Assembly (NCBI GenBank): GCA_964560355.1
Contig: CAZLLI010000002.1
Location: 3,622-67,621 of the forward strand
Source of the DNA: an uncultured bacterium
GTDB taxonomy: Bacteria > Krumholzibacteriota > Krumholzibacteriia > WVZY01 > JAKEHA01
Direction of reading: 5' to 3'
DNA length: 64,000 bases
Shown here: positions 30,549 to 39,852 of the stretch, piece after piece
Numbering within the stretch: the first letter of the stretch is position 1
How the letters are laid out: each line of letters starts with the position of its first letter
The notes under the pieces: generated by a model
What the model was told of the DNA's origin: nothing
Databases searched by the model: none
What the model saw: the letters and a program-made list of their open reading frames with translations, nothing else
Program-made: the position numbers and the translations under genes

Positions 30549-30889
30549 AGGTCACGCTGGTCACCGTTCTCCTGCTCACCGCGTCGAACGTCTTCATGAC
30601 CTTCGCGTGGTACGGACACTTGAAGCACATGCACGCGAAGCCGTGGTTCGTAGCGGCGCTGGTGAGCTGGGGAATCGCGTTCTTCGAGTACATGATCCAG
30701 GTTCCGGCCAACCGCATCGGGTTCCGGGTGATGGATCTCGCGCAGCTCAAGATTCTGCAGGAAGTGGTGACGCTCTCCGTGTTCATCCCGTTCGCGGTGT
30801 TCTACATGCGGGAGCGCCCGCGCCTCGACTATTTGTGGGCGGCGATGTGCCTCTTGGGAGCCGTCTACTTCATGTTCCGGCGCCCCTAG
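30545..30889 (+). CDS. DMT-superfamily small membrane protein (DUF486-like)
   Basis: GTG start overlapping the upstream stop. 114 aa with 4 TM helices and a YGHLKH motif. Confidence 0.6.
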   Translation: MKVTLVTVLLLTASNVFMTFAWYGHLKHMHAKPWFVAALVSWGIAFFEYMIQVPANRIGFRVMDLAQLKILQEVVTLSVFIPFAVFYMRERPRLDYLWAAMCLLGAVYFMFRRP

Positions 30890-31035
30890 GGCCTCTCGAT
30901 TTTGCTTTGACCGCGGCGTCGAACTGGCCTACGATACGTGGGTTACAGGACCGATGGGGGACGGTCCGTGGGCCATCACGCACCCTTCTCGCGCGCCCGG
31001 CGCCTGGCCGGTCCGCCTCGCCGCAAGCGGCCACC

Positions 31036-33651
31036 ATGGTTCGGTTTCTCCCCAGCCTTCGTGTTGTGGCGTTGATCGCCTTCGTCGCGGCGACCGCGCC
31101 GGTCGCGCGCGCCGGCGTCGACCCCGACTCGCTGTACCTCGCGCGCCATCCCACCCTCTTCTTCGGCCCCGGCGACGTGCCCGCGCTGCGCGCGCGCGTC
31201 GAAGCCCCCGGCGCCCCCGCCGACGCCTTCGCCTTCATCCGCGACGCCGTCCACGACACCTATCCGGCGGTGCCGATCGATTCGCTGATCGACAACGACT
31301 TCGCGCAGGAGCCGATCATGAATCTCGGGCTGGTCGGTTTCTTGAGCGACCCCGTCGACGACGACGCGCTCGCGCTCGGGCGCGCGCTCACCCTCCACAT
31401 CGTGCGCACCTGGGACGTCGACACCGACGCCTTCGGGTCGTCGCTGCGCCTGCGCCAGATGGCGATCGGGTACGACCTCTACTTCGCGGGTGCGACACCG
31501 CTCGAGCGCGCCGAGGTGCGCGCCGAAGTCGCGAGCTACATTTCGTACATCGTTTCCAGCATGGCGTACGACATCTGGCTGCACCGCCCGTACGCGAGCA
31601 ACAAGAGCGCGATGATCGCCGCCGCGCTGGGCCTGGCCGCAATCTCGTTCCGCGACGAGATCGCCCCCACGCTGACCGCGGCCGCGTTCGCGCGCTGCAC
31701 GGCGCTCTACGACGTGTGGCGCTCAACCTACATCGCGGACGACGGGTGCTATCGCGAAGGCGCGCTGTACGGCGCGTGGAGCTTCCGCAACCTGATTTAC
31801 TACTTCCAGGCGCGCACGCGCTTCGACGGGACCTCGTTCTCCAACGACTGGGCGGTGCGCGAGTTCGAGCGTTGGTACGCGTACGAGCTCGACCCGCGCG
31901 GCGGCGCGCGCTTGAACAACATCCAGGACCTGACCGACTACTACCTGCCGCTCGCGCGCCACACCACGTACTTGGAGTGGGCGATGTCGGAGTGGGGAAG
32001 CGGACTCGCGCGCTATATCTGGGACCGCGCGTCGGGGCCGCTCGGCGTCGACCTAGGCGACGAGAACGACAAGGCGGCGACGGTGCTGTGGCATGAGGAC
32101 GTGCCGTCGATCAACCCGGGGACAATCCTCCCCGAGAGCGCGCTGTGGAAGGGACGCGGGCTGTATTACTACCGCTCGGGCTGGGCGGACGGAGCCTCGT
32201 CGGACGACATCTCGCTCAGCTTCTACTCGGGCGAATTTCGCGGCGGCCACGCCCAGGAGGACCAGAATCAATTCACGCTGACCGCCTTCGGCGAGAAGCT
32301 CGTGATCGACCACGGCGCCGGCGGCACGGCGCGCCAGAGCGAAGCGCACAACATCGTGCGCATCGACCTCGCGGGACAGTTCAACGCGGGCGCGTCGATC
32401 GGCACCGACGGCCGCATCGCGCAGTCGATGCTGACCGGCTTCGCGGACTATCTGTGCGGCGACGCCACCGCCGCGTACACCACGCACAGCCCCTACAACA
32501 ACCCCGGCGTGCCCTACCCGGCGACGGATTGGTCGTGGGGTTACGGCGGCGCGAATCCGGTCGAGCGCGCGCTGCGGCGCATGGTGGTCGTGCACGGCGC
32601 GGGCTTTCCGACCTATTTCATCGTGCAGGACGACATTCTCAAGGACGGTGCCGTGCACCGCTACGACTGGTGCGCGCACTTCCCGGATTCGTCGACCATC
32701 GATGCGTCGGCGCCCAAGGGCCCCATCGCGGTCGCCGTGGGCGGGGCGCGCCTCGATTTGCACACGCTGTTTCCGCCCAAGCCAGCGCTTGCGGGCGTGA
32801 TCCGGACCACGTTCGATAACCAGGCCGAGGATCCCGACTCGAGGCTTTTGATGCTGACGACCTTCGCGATCAATCCGAAGTTCGCGCTGCTGCTAATCCC
32901 GCGGCGCGCGGGCGACGCCGCTACGGTGGTGCAATCGTCGACCTTCCCGGCCGGCACCATGAGCGTGGTGCGCTCGCCGTCGGGCGCGCTCGACGTGGTG
33001 TGGGTGCGCGGCAATCACGTCGGGCCGGTGGCGCCGCCGCCCGCCGGCGACGACGGCGAGGGGTGCGGCCCGGTCTCGATCGACGCCGAGCTCGCGGTGG
33101 TGCGAATGGGGGCGGCGGGCGTCGAGCGCTATCTCGCGGTCGACGCGCGCTCCATCGCGTGCGCGTCCGGCGACGTCGTCACGATTCTCGACGGCACCGC
33201 GACCTTCGCCTTCGACGGTACGCGCGTCACCATCGACCGGCCCGACGCCGAGTTTCGCATCCTCGCCGACGGTGTGAGCGAAGTCGTGTGCGACGGCGCG
33301 GTGGTCCCGACCGGCCTCGACGGCCGCTACTTGGTGCGCGTCTCCGCCACCGCGGTGACGACACCCGCGCGCGGCGACGGGCTGGGGCTGCGCGCGTATC
33401 CGAATCCGTTCAACCCGTCGGTGCGCATCCGCTTCGCCACCGCGGCGCGCGCGCACGTCGATGCGCGCGTCTACGACGCCGCCGGTCGCTTCGTGGCGAC
33501 GCTCGCGTCGGGCGCGATGGCGGGCGGTGAACACTCGATGGAGTGGAACGGACGCGACCACCGCGGCCGTGAAGCGGCGAGCGGCGTGTATTTCCTGCGC
33601 GTGCGCGCGGGGTCGGCGAGCGAATCGTTGAAACTGGTGCTGGTGCGTTAA
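31036..33651 (+). CDS. Heparinase II/III-like (alginate lyase / polysaccharide lyase) protein with C-terminal T9SS-type sorting domain
   Basis: Signal peptide, alpha/alpha toroid N-terminal region and a heparinase II/III-like middle region. The C-terminus AYPNPFNPSVRIRF..VYDAAGRFV..GVYFLRVRAG is a canonical FlgD-Ig/Por-secretion tail. Confidence 0.8.
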   Translation: MVRFLPSLRVVALIAFVAATAPVARAGVDPDSLYLARHPTLFFGPGDVPALRARVEAPGAPADAFAFIRDAVHDTYPAVPIDSLIDNDFAQEPIMNLGLVGFLSDPVDDDALALGRALTLHIVRTWDVDTDAFGSSLRLRQMAIGYDLYFAGATPLERAEVRAEVASYISYIVSSMAYDIWLHRPYASNKSAMIAAALGLAAISFRDEIAPTLTAAAFARCTALYDVWRSTYIADDGCYREGALYGAWSFRNLIYYFQARTRFDGTSFSNDWAVREFERWYAYELDPRGGARLNNIQDLTDYYLPLARHTTYLEWAMSEWGSGLARYIWDRASGPLGVDLGDENDKAATVLWHEDVPSINPGTILPESALWKGRGLYYYRSGWADGASSDDISLSFYSGEFRGGHAQEDQNQFTLTAFGEKLVIDHGAGGTARQSEAHNIVRIDLAGQFNAGASIGTDGRIAQSMLTGFADYLCGDATAAYTTHSPYNNPGVPYPATDWSWGYGGANPVERALRRMVVVHGAGFPTYFIVQDDILKDGAVHRYDWCAHFPDSSTIDASAPKGPIAVAVGGARLDLHTLFPPKPALAGVIRTTFDNQAEDPDSRLLMLTTFAINPKFALLLIPRRAGDAATVVQSSTFPAGTMSVVRSPSGALDVVWVRGNHVGPVAPPPAGDDGEGCGPVSIDAELAVVRMGAAGVERYLAVDARSIACASGDVVTILDGTATFAFDGTRVTIDRPDAEFRILADGVSEVVCDGAVVPTGLDGRYLVRVSATAVTTPARGDGLGLRAYPNPFNPSVRIRFATAARAHVDARVYDAAGRFVATLASGAMAGGEHSMEWNGRDHRGREAASGVYFLRVRAGSASESLKLVLVR

Positions 33652-34898
33652 GCGGCGGCTGTGTTCGACGCGCCCGTGACGACGGGGGTCAAGCGCGCGA
33701 ACGCGGTGCGCAGCGAACGCTCGACCGCGTCCGCCGACTCTCCGCGCGCGAAGATGAATCCGGTGTAGAGAAATCCTTCCGGCAGCGGCTCCATCGACTG
33801 GCCCGGCCGCGCCGCCACGATCACTTCTTCGATCCCGGGCACGTCGCACGCCGCCGGCACGCCGCGCATCTCTTCGAAGCGCCCGCGGCGCGGAGACTGC
33901 ATCATCCACACGCCCGCCGCGCGCGCGTCGAGCGGCGGAACTTCTCCCAACATTCCCAATGCGTCGGCCAGGATGACGTCTTCCAGTGCGCGCCCGTCGG
34001 CGAAGCGAACCACGCGCGAGCACAAGCCGCCGATGGAGCGCGCGTGGACCTCGATCGGCATCACACGCTCGTCGTCGCCGCGTATCTCGACGTGGAAGGG
34101 GCCGTGGGTGAGTCCCACCGCGCGCACCGCGTCTTCGGTCAGGCGCACGATGCGGTCCACCGCGCGCGCGCCGAGGCGCGACGGCGTCACGTACATGGTC
34201 TCGGGGAAGTAGGGGCCTTCGAGCGGGTCGGGTTTGTCGAACACCGCGAATACGTGCGCACGTCCCTTCGCCATGATGCCTTCCACCGCGACTTCCCACC
34301 CCGGCACATACGATTCGACCAGGAGGTGGTCGGCGTTTTCATTCTCCGCCGGCGCGCTCGACGCCACCAGCGCCGCCACGCGCGCGAACGCATCGACGAA
34401 CTGGCGCGCGTCGTCGACGCGGATGACGCCGCGGCTCGCCGCCATCGCGAGCGGCTTCACCACCGCCGGGTACGCGATCGCGTGCGCCGCGTCGCGAAAC
34501 TCGTCGACCGCCACCAGCCGGTAGTCGGGCTGTGCGATGCCGGCCGCGCGCATGCATTCGCGCGCGCGAAACTTGTCGCGCGCCGCGCGCACCGCGCCCG
34601 CGGGATTGTGCGGGAGTCCTAGCGCTTCCGCGATCACCGCCGCCGCCAGCGTCGCCTGGTCGTCGACGGCCACCACGGCGTGGATCGGGTGCGCACGCGC
34701 GAGCGCGTACGCGCGCGCGGCGGCGTCGGCCGGGCGTGAGAAGTCGAAGGTGGGCAAGTCGACCGGGTGCAAGTGCGAGAGCGAGTTGGGAGCTTCCGAC
34801 GCGATGCTCAAGTCGACCGGCAAACGCTGCGCGGCGCGGATGAACGCCTCGGCGCGGTAGGTCGACGTGGGGACGAGCAGGAGCAGGCGGGGCTTCAT
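33648..34898 (-). CDS. ATP-grasp domain protein (carboxylate-amine/thiol ligase family)
   Basis: 416 aa with ATP-grasp core motifs (AYPAVVKP, LVESYVPGWEVAVEG). Last gene of a three-gene minus-strand operon. Confidence 0.75.
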   Translation of the reverse strand: MKPRLLLLVPTSTYRAEAFIRAAQRLPVDLSIASEAPNSLSHLHPVDLPTFDFSRPADAAARAYALARAHPIHAVVAVDDQATLAAAVIAEALGLPHNPAGAVRAARDKFRARECMRAAGIAQPDYRLVAVDEFRDAAHAIAYPAVVKPLAMAASRGVIRVDDARQFVDAFARVAALVASSAPAENENADHLLVESYVPGWEVAVEGIMAKGRAHVFAVFDKPDPLEGPYFPETMYVTPSRLGARAVDRIVRLTEDAVRAVGLTHGPFHVEIRGDDERVMPIEVHARSIGGLCSRVVRFADGRALEDVILADALGMLGEVPPLDARAAGVWMMQSPRRGRFEEMRGVPAACDVPGIEEVIVAARPGQSMEPLPEGFLYTGFIFARGESADAVERSLRTAFARLTPVVTGASNTAAA

Positions 34899-34908
34899 CG
34901 CGCGGCGT

Positions 34909-35541
34909 CTACTTCGACGACGGCGCGTAGTACGGGTTGCGGCCGGCGGCGTGGTCGGTGGTGTCCATGATCGCGCCGACCTCGGGGACTTCCTCGCGAA
35001 TGGTGCGCTCGACGCCGTACTTCAGCGTCACGCTGACCATCCCGCAACCCTGGCAGCCGCCGCCGAATTCGAGGAACACCGTGTTGTTGGTGACGTCGAG
35101 CAGGTGCACGACGCCGCCGTGGCTCGCGACCGCGGGATTGATGATGGTGTCGAGCACTTGCTGCACGCGGCGCTTCACTTCGGCCGGCGCGAGCAGGGTC
35201 TCGGTGACGGCGTCGGAGATCGCGGTTCCGGAAGCGATCGCGTCGCGAATCGCCGCCGCGACGCGCGGCACCTTCGCCTCCCAGTCGGCGTCGCCCAGGA
35301 GCGTCACGCGCACGGCGTCGTGCATCACCAACACGTCCGCCACGCCCTCGATCGCGAAGAGGCGGTCGACCAAGGGCGACCCCTGCGACTGCGACGCGTC
35401 GGCGAAATAGGCCGAGTGGTTCGCGTACACGGGCTCGCTCGCCGTGAAGGTGCACTGCTCGGGGTGCACCATCGACGGCGTCGCGGTGATGCGAACCGTG
35501 CGCCCTTGCGGGAGTTCGAAATTGAGGGTCAGTTCATCCAT
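34909..35541 (-). CDS. Nfu-type Fe-S cluster carrier (Nfu_N scaffold domain + NifU-like CxxC domain)
   Basis: 210 aa. The C-terminal domain carries GGGCQGCG, the canonical NifU/Nfu cluster-binding motif. Confidence 0.8.
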   Translation of the reverse strand: MDELTLNFELPQGRTVRITATPSMVHPEQCTFTASEPVYANHSAYFADASQSQGSPLVDRLFAIEGVADVLVMHDAVRVTLLGDADWEAKVPRVAAAIRDAIASGTAISDAVTETLLAPAEVKRRVQQVLDTIINPAVASHGGVVHLLDVTNNTVFLEFGGGCQGCGMVSVTLKYGVERTIREEVPEVGAIMDTTDHAAGRNPYYAPSSK

Positions 35542-35655
35542 AGTACCGCGATCATAGGCAACGCGCGCGCGTCACGCAAGCGCGCCGTCGCCGCCTTCGT
35601 CGTGGTGCCGGCTCCACGCGTGGAGAGAGCCCAACTGGCTCTCGGTGGGCTCCGC

Positions 35656-37068
35656 TCAGCAAAACCAATCCTCCGTGAGGCGCGGCGCCGCGCCGCGCCG
35701 GCGCGGGTGCGCGGTTCCGGTGCGCGCAGGATCGGCGGCGGCGCGCACGCGCGCGAAGGCGTCGAAGGCGTCGAGCCCGTCGGCGGAGGCGGCCGCGGCC
35801 GCGCGCGCCACCGAGCGCTGGAGCTCGTCCATCGACGGGTCGGGGTGCGTCCAGCGGTGCGAGAGCGTCTCCGCGTCGAAGGCACCCAGGTGCGGGCGCA
35901 TCTCGGCGGCGGAAAGGAGCAGGGATCCGTCCGGCACCAGCAATCGAATCGAGTACTGCACGGCGTCGACGTGGTCGGTCAACCCTTCGCCGTCCACGAT
36001 GTCGAAGAGCTCCGCGTAGCTCGCGCGCGTCTCCCACGGCGTGAACGGCACGAAGGTCGGGCGCAGCGCGAGCCCGCGCGCGCGGAAGCGCGCGGCCACG
36101 GCGAGCGCATCGGCGCGCGTGTGCCCCTTGCGCAATGCCGCGAGCACGTCGTCGTTGAACGACTCCGCCGCCGACACCACGAAGAGGTTGCCGAGCGCCT
36201 GCAGCTCGCCCACCACGTCGTCGTAGCGAAGCAGGTGCTCGATCTTGGCGGTGTAGTCGAAGGTGAGCCCCGCGAAGCGGCGCGACAGCTCGCGCGCGAC
36301 GCGCAGCGCGTGGGTGGGTCCGTTCAGAAAGTCCGCGTCGGCGAAGGTGACGTGGCGCGCGCCGCGCGCGAACAGGGTCGCGACGTCGTCCATCACGCGC
36401 TCGAGCGGGAGCGCGTAGAACGCACCGTGGTACGCGGGTGGGAGCGGGCAGTGGCGGCACGCGTGCTTGCACCCGCGCGTCGCCGCCACGTGGGCGACGT
36501 CGACGCGGGTTTCGCCGTGCACGAGCTTGGCGTAGCGCTCGCGGTGGAAAAGGGCGTCGCGCGCGGGCGTGAGGTCGAGCGCGCGCCCGGATGAGCGAAG
36601 CGCGTCGGACGCGCGCGACTCGGGAGCGACGTCGCGCGGGCGCGCCGACCCCGATGCGCGCGCGTCGGCCACGCGACGCACGAGCGCGAGCAAGGGTGCT
36701 TCGAACTCCGCGCCCAGCACGGAATCGGCGAGGCCGCCGCGCAGGCGCGCTTCGTTCAACCCGGCGTACAACCCGAAGAAGCACACGTGCGCGTCGGGGT
36801 TGACGCGGCGCACGATGGTCGCGACCTGCACACCCAGTCGCAGCGCGGTGTGCATGGGCGCCGAGATGGCGACGAGGTCGGCGCGCGCGAGGGCGTCGAC
36901 GTCGATAGGCGACACCGCGAGGTCGAGCAGGCGCGCGGAGAAGCCGGCGCGCGCGAGCACGCCCGCGGGGACGACGAGGCCGAGCGGCTCCTGCCCCATC
37001 TCGTAGCACGAGACCAGGAGGACGCGATCGCTTGGCGAAGGAGCGGGGTCGGTGGCGCGCGCCTGCAT
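35656..37068 (-). CDS. B12-binding domain radical SAM protein
   Basis: N-terminal cobalamin-binding Rossmann-like segment (VLLVSCYEMGQEP). CxxxCxxC radical SAM motif (GCKHACRHC). 470 aa. Confidence 0.8.
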   Translation of the reverse strand: MQARATDPAPSPSDRVLLVSCYEMGQEPLGLVVPAGVLARAGFSARLLDLAVSPIDVDALARADLVAISAPMHTALRLGVQVATIVRRVNPDAHVCFFGLYAGLNEARLRGGLADSVLGAEFEAPLLALVRRVADARASGSARPRDVAPESRASDALRSSGRALDLTPARDALFHRERYAKLVHGETRVDVAHVAATRGCKHACRHCPLPPAYHGAFYALPLERVMDDVATLFARGARHVTFADADFLNGPTHALRVARELSRRFAGLTFDYTAKIEHLLRYDDVVGELQALGNLFVVSAAESFNDDVLAALRKGHTRADALAVAARFRARGLALRPTFVPFTPWETRASYAELFDIVDGEGLTDHVDAVQYSIRLLVPDGSLLLSAAEMRPHLGAFDAETLSHRWTHPDPSMDELQRSVARAAAAASADGLDAFDAFARVRAAADPARTGTAHPRRRGAAPRLTEDWFC

Positions 37069-37160
37069 GCCGCGAGTATAAGGAAGGGGCGGTCACGACG
37101 CCACGGCGACGGCGCGGGCAATCGTGTATACTGCGCCCGGGCCGACACGCGGAGGTAACG

Positions 37161-39209
37161 ATGGCCAATCAGGATTCGCACCGCATGCGGCCGGCGAGAT
37201 GGAAGCCCGGGTTCTCGCTGGACCGGATCGAGTCACCCCACGACGCCACCCCGGGCGCTTCCGACGCCGACCGCGTCGTGCGCGGAAGGGCGCTCATCTT
37301 CTGGGACCCCAAGCGCCCCGGTCAAAAGCTCGACGCCATCGACACCGACCAGATCACGCCCGCCAAGGACTGCGTGTCGGAGAGCCTCGACGCCCTCGAC
37401 AAGAATTGGAAGGAAGGCGCGTTTCGCTTTCTGATGCCGGACTTTCGCGCGCGCGTCCACCGCGGCGAAACCTTCCTGGTGGCGGGCGACCGCTTCGCGA
37501 TCGGGTCGTCGCGCGAGATGAGTCCCGCGGGGCTGCGCGCCATCGCCGAGGAAGCGGGCCTCGAGATGGTGATCGTGTGCGGCCACAACGTCGGCGATAT
37601 CTTTCGCCGCAACTCGCTCAACCTCGGGTTGGAAGTGGTCCAAAACGCGGAGGCGGTCGCGGACGCGCAGGACGGCGACGAGTTCTCGTACCTTCCCGCC
37701 ACGCGCACGCTGACCAACGAGACGCGCAAGAAGACCTACCAACCCGTGCCACTCTCCGCCAAAGAAGACGAGATTCGGCGTTCGGGTGGAATCTTCGACA
37801 TCGGGCGGCGCGAGTTCCGCGAGTCGCTCGCGCGCACGCCGGAGGCCGCGTGGCCCGACGAAGCGACCGCGCGCGGGCTCACCACCACCGAGCAGATCGC
37901 GTGGGCGCACCGCGTCGACAAGGACGCGCGCGTCGAGCCCGGGCGCACGCTGCGCGTGTTCGCGGACCTCTTGCCCGCGTCCGACGGCACCGCGCCCTTT
38001 GCCATTCATACCTTCAATCAGATCGCGCGCGGCGCCATCTACCCGCGCCAGGCCGCCATCGCGAACGACCACTTCGTGTTCACGGGCGCCGACGCCGACG
38101 ACAAGCAGACGCGCATCGGGCGCGCGTTCGCGGAGCAGAACGAGCTCGGCAAGCCGTATTACGCCACTCCTGGCGACGGCATCTTCCATTTCTATTTTCC
38201 GGAGCAAGGTCTCATCTATCCGGGGCAGGTCGTGCCCGGCGCGGACTCGCACTCGCGCGCGTACGGCGCGTACGGTGCCGTCGGCATCGGGGTGGGCTCG
38301 ACTACGCTCGGCTTCGGGTGGGCGCTCGGCTACGTGTACTTCACGCCCGCGAAGGCGCGCCGCGTCGTGTTCACCGGAAAACTGCAGCCGTGGGTGACGG
38401 GCAAGGACGTCGTCTTGAAGCTCCTCGAGCGCTGGGGCGCGAAGCAATCGCAGGGCATGTCGGTCGAATTGGTCGACGCCAATCTCCAGCTGCCGATCGC
38501 GTACCGCAACACCATCGCGAACATGATGGCGGAAGCGGAGGCGCAAAACGGCATCTTCGCGGCCGACGACGTCACCGAAGCGTGGTACCGGTCGAAGGGG
38601 TTCGGCGCGCTGCCGTACCCGCGCCTCGCGCCGGGCGCCGACGCGCGCTACGAGATCGACGAGACCCTCGACCTATCGAGCGTGGTGCCGATGGTCGCGA
38701 AGCCGTTCAGCCCCGGTAACGCGTTCCCCGCCGACGAAGTGGCGCGCGAGCGCATCTCGTTCGACAAGGCGTTCATCGGTTCGTGTACCAACGGCAGCTA
38801 CGACGACCTTCTGCAGGCGGCGCTGGTGGTCAAGCGCGCGCGCGAAGCCGGCTTCACGCGGGCCACCAAGCCGTTCATCGTGTTTCCGGGGTCGGGCGGA
38901 GTGAAGACGCTCATCGAGCGTCCCGACGCGCGCCTGGGCGGCGAGTCGGTCGCCGACGTGCTGCGCTCCGTGGGCGCGCAGATTCGCCAGTCGTGGTGCG
39001 GGCCGTGCTTCGGGCAAGGACCCGACGCGCTCAAGAAGGGCGAGCGCGCGATCACGTCGTTCAATCGCAATTGGCAGAACCGCATGGGTGTGGGGGGCGA
39101 AGGCTATCTCGCGAGCCCGTCGGTGGTGGCGGCGTCGGTGCTGGCGGGATACATGGCGCCCCCGAGCGAGCTCGGCATCGTGTGGAACGCGGAAGCCTTC
39201 GCGCTCTAG
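37161..39209 (+). CDS. Aconitase-family Fe-S hydro-lyase with permuted domain order (swivel/LeuD-like domain N-terminal, catalytic LeuC-like domains C-terminal)
   Basis: GGAGG RBS. N-terminal FWDP..IDTDQI swivel signature. The C-terminal region carries ADSHS, IGSCTNGS and CGPCFG cluster-ligand motifs. Confidence 0.75.
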   Translation: MANQDSHRMRPARWKPGFSLDRIESPHDATPGASDADRVVRGRALIFWDPKRPGQKLDAIDTDQITPAKDCVSESLDALDKNWKEGAFRFLMPDFRARVHRGETFLVAGDRFAIGSSREMSPAGLRAIAEEAGLEMVIVCGHNVGDIFRRNSLNLGLEVVQNAEAVADAQDGDEFSYLPATRTLTNETRKKTYQPVPLSAKEDEIRRSGGIFDIGRREFRESLARTPEAAWPDEATARGLTTTEQIAWAHRVDKDARVEPGRTLRVFADLLPASDGTAPFAIHTFNQIARGAIYPRQAAIANDHFVFTGADADDKQTRIGRAFAEQNELGKPYYATPGDGIFHFYFPEQGLIYPGQVVPGADSHSRAYGAYGAVGIGVGSTTLGFGWALGYVYFTPAKARRVVFTGKLQPWVTGKDVVLKLLERWGAKQSQGMSVELVDANLQLPIAYRNTIANMMAEAEAQNGIFAADDVTEAWYRSKGFGALPYPRLAPGADARYEIDETLDLSSVVPMVAKPFSPGNAFPADEVARERISFDKAFIGSCTNGSYDDLLQAALVVKRAREAGFTRATKPFIVFPGSGGVKTLIERPDARLGGESVADVLRSVGAQIRQSWCGPCFGQGPDALKKGERAITSFNRNWQNRMGVGGEGYLASPSVVAASVLAGYMAPPSELGIVWNAEAFAL

Positions 39210-39835
39210 CGCGATAGTTGCGACGCGAGGTCGACGAGTGCTTTCGCGACCGCGTACACGGCGTCGCGCTCTTTCTCGTCGATCAAGTTGCCGGCGGCGT
39301 CGAACGCGGTGGCGGCTTTCGACAACGCCTTCTGCTGCGGGATGACGAGCATGCCGCAAATCGTCAAGGTCCAGCGCGCCTGAAATAGCCCCCGCATTCC
39401 GCCCAGCGCGCCGTTCGACGCCGACGTGAGCGCGACCGGCTTGTTGCGCGCCCACGCGAGCCCGTCTTTGGCGGACGGCGTGGGACGCGACGCCCAGTCG
39501 ATGGTGTTCTTGAACAGCGGCGTCATGCTCCCGTTGTACTCGGGGAGTGAAAACAAGATGCCGTCGTGCGCCGCGAACACGTCCTTGAGCGCGAGCGCGT
39601 TGGCGGGGAGTCCGTCCCACTTCTCGAGATCGGCGTCGTAGAGGGGTAGCGGATAGTCGCGCAGGTCGAGGCGCGTGACGCGCGCGCCCGCGGCTTCGAG
39701 CCCGTCGCCGGCGACGCGCACCAAGCGGCGGTTGAAGGATCCTTCGCGCAGGCTGCACGCGAAGGCGACGATGCGCGGTGATGGATTCACGAACGCAGTA
39801 TCCAGCACTCGCGCGGGTTCGTCAAATGGTCGCAC
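39206..39835 (-). CDS. NAD(P)H-dependent FMN reductase family protein
   Basis: Flavodoxin-like fold ([23 protein letters not shown]). Start may be an internal GTG near 39793. Confidence 0.75.
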   Translation of the reverse strand: MRPFDEPARVLDTAFVNPSPRIVAFACSLREGSFNRRLVRVAGDGLEAAGARVTRLDLRDYPLPLYDADLEKWDGLPANALALKDVFAAHDGILFSLPEYNGSMTPLFKNTIDWASRPTPSAKDGLAWARNKPVALTSASNGALGGMRGLFQARWTLTICGMLVIPQQKALSKAATAFDAAGNLIDEKERDAVYAVAKALVDLASQLSR

Positions 39836-39852
39836 CCAATGGAGGAGTCTTC

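Noticed and set aside
35542-35655. Precursor-peptide gene for a RiPP in the rSAM-Nfu gap
   Set aside because: Minus-strand reading of the gap gives only a 7-codon ORF (MIAVLWMN) that overlaps the Nfu start. No plausible leader or core peptide.
35552-37168. 538-aa and 470-aa alternative minus-strand frames across the rSAM gene, and plus-strand ORFs 35645-36019 and 36569-37006
   Set aside because: Only the 35656-37068 frame carries the B12-binding and CxxxCxxC radical SAM motifs. The others are compositional artefacts.
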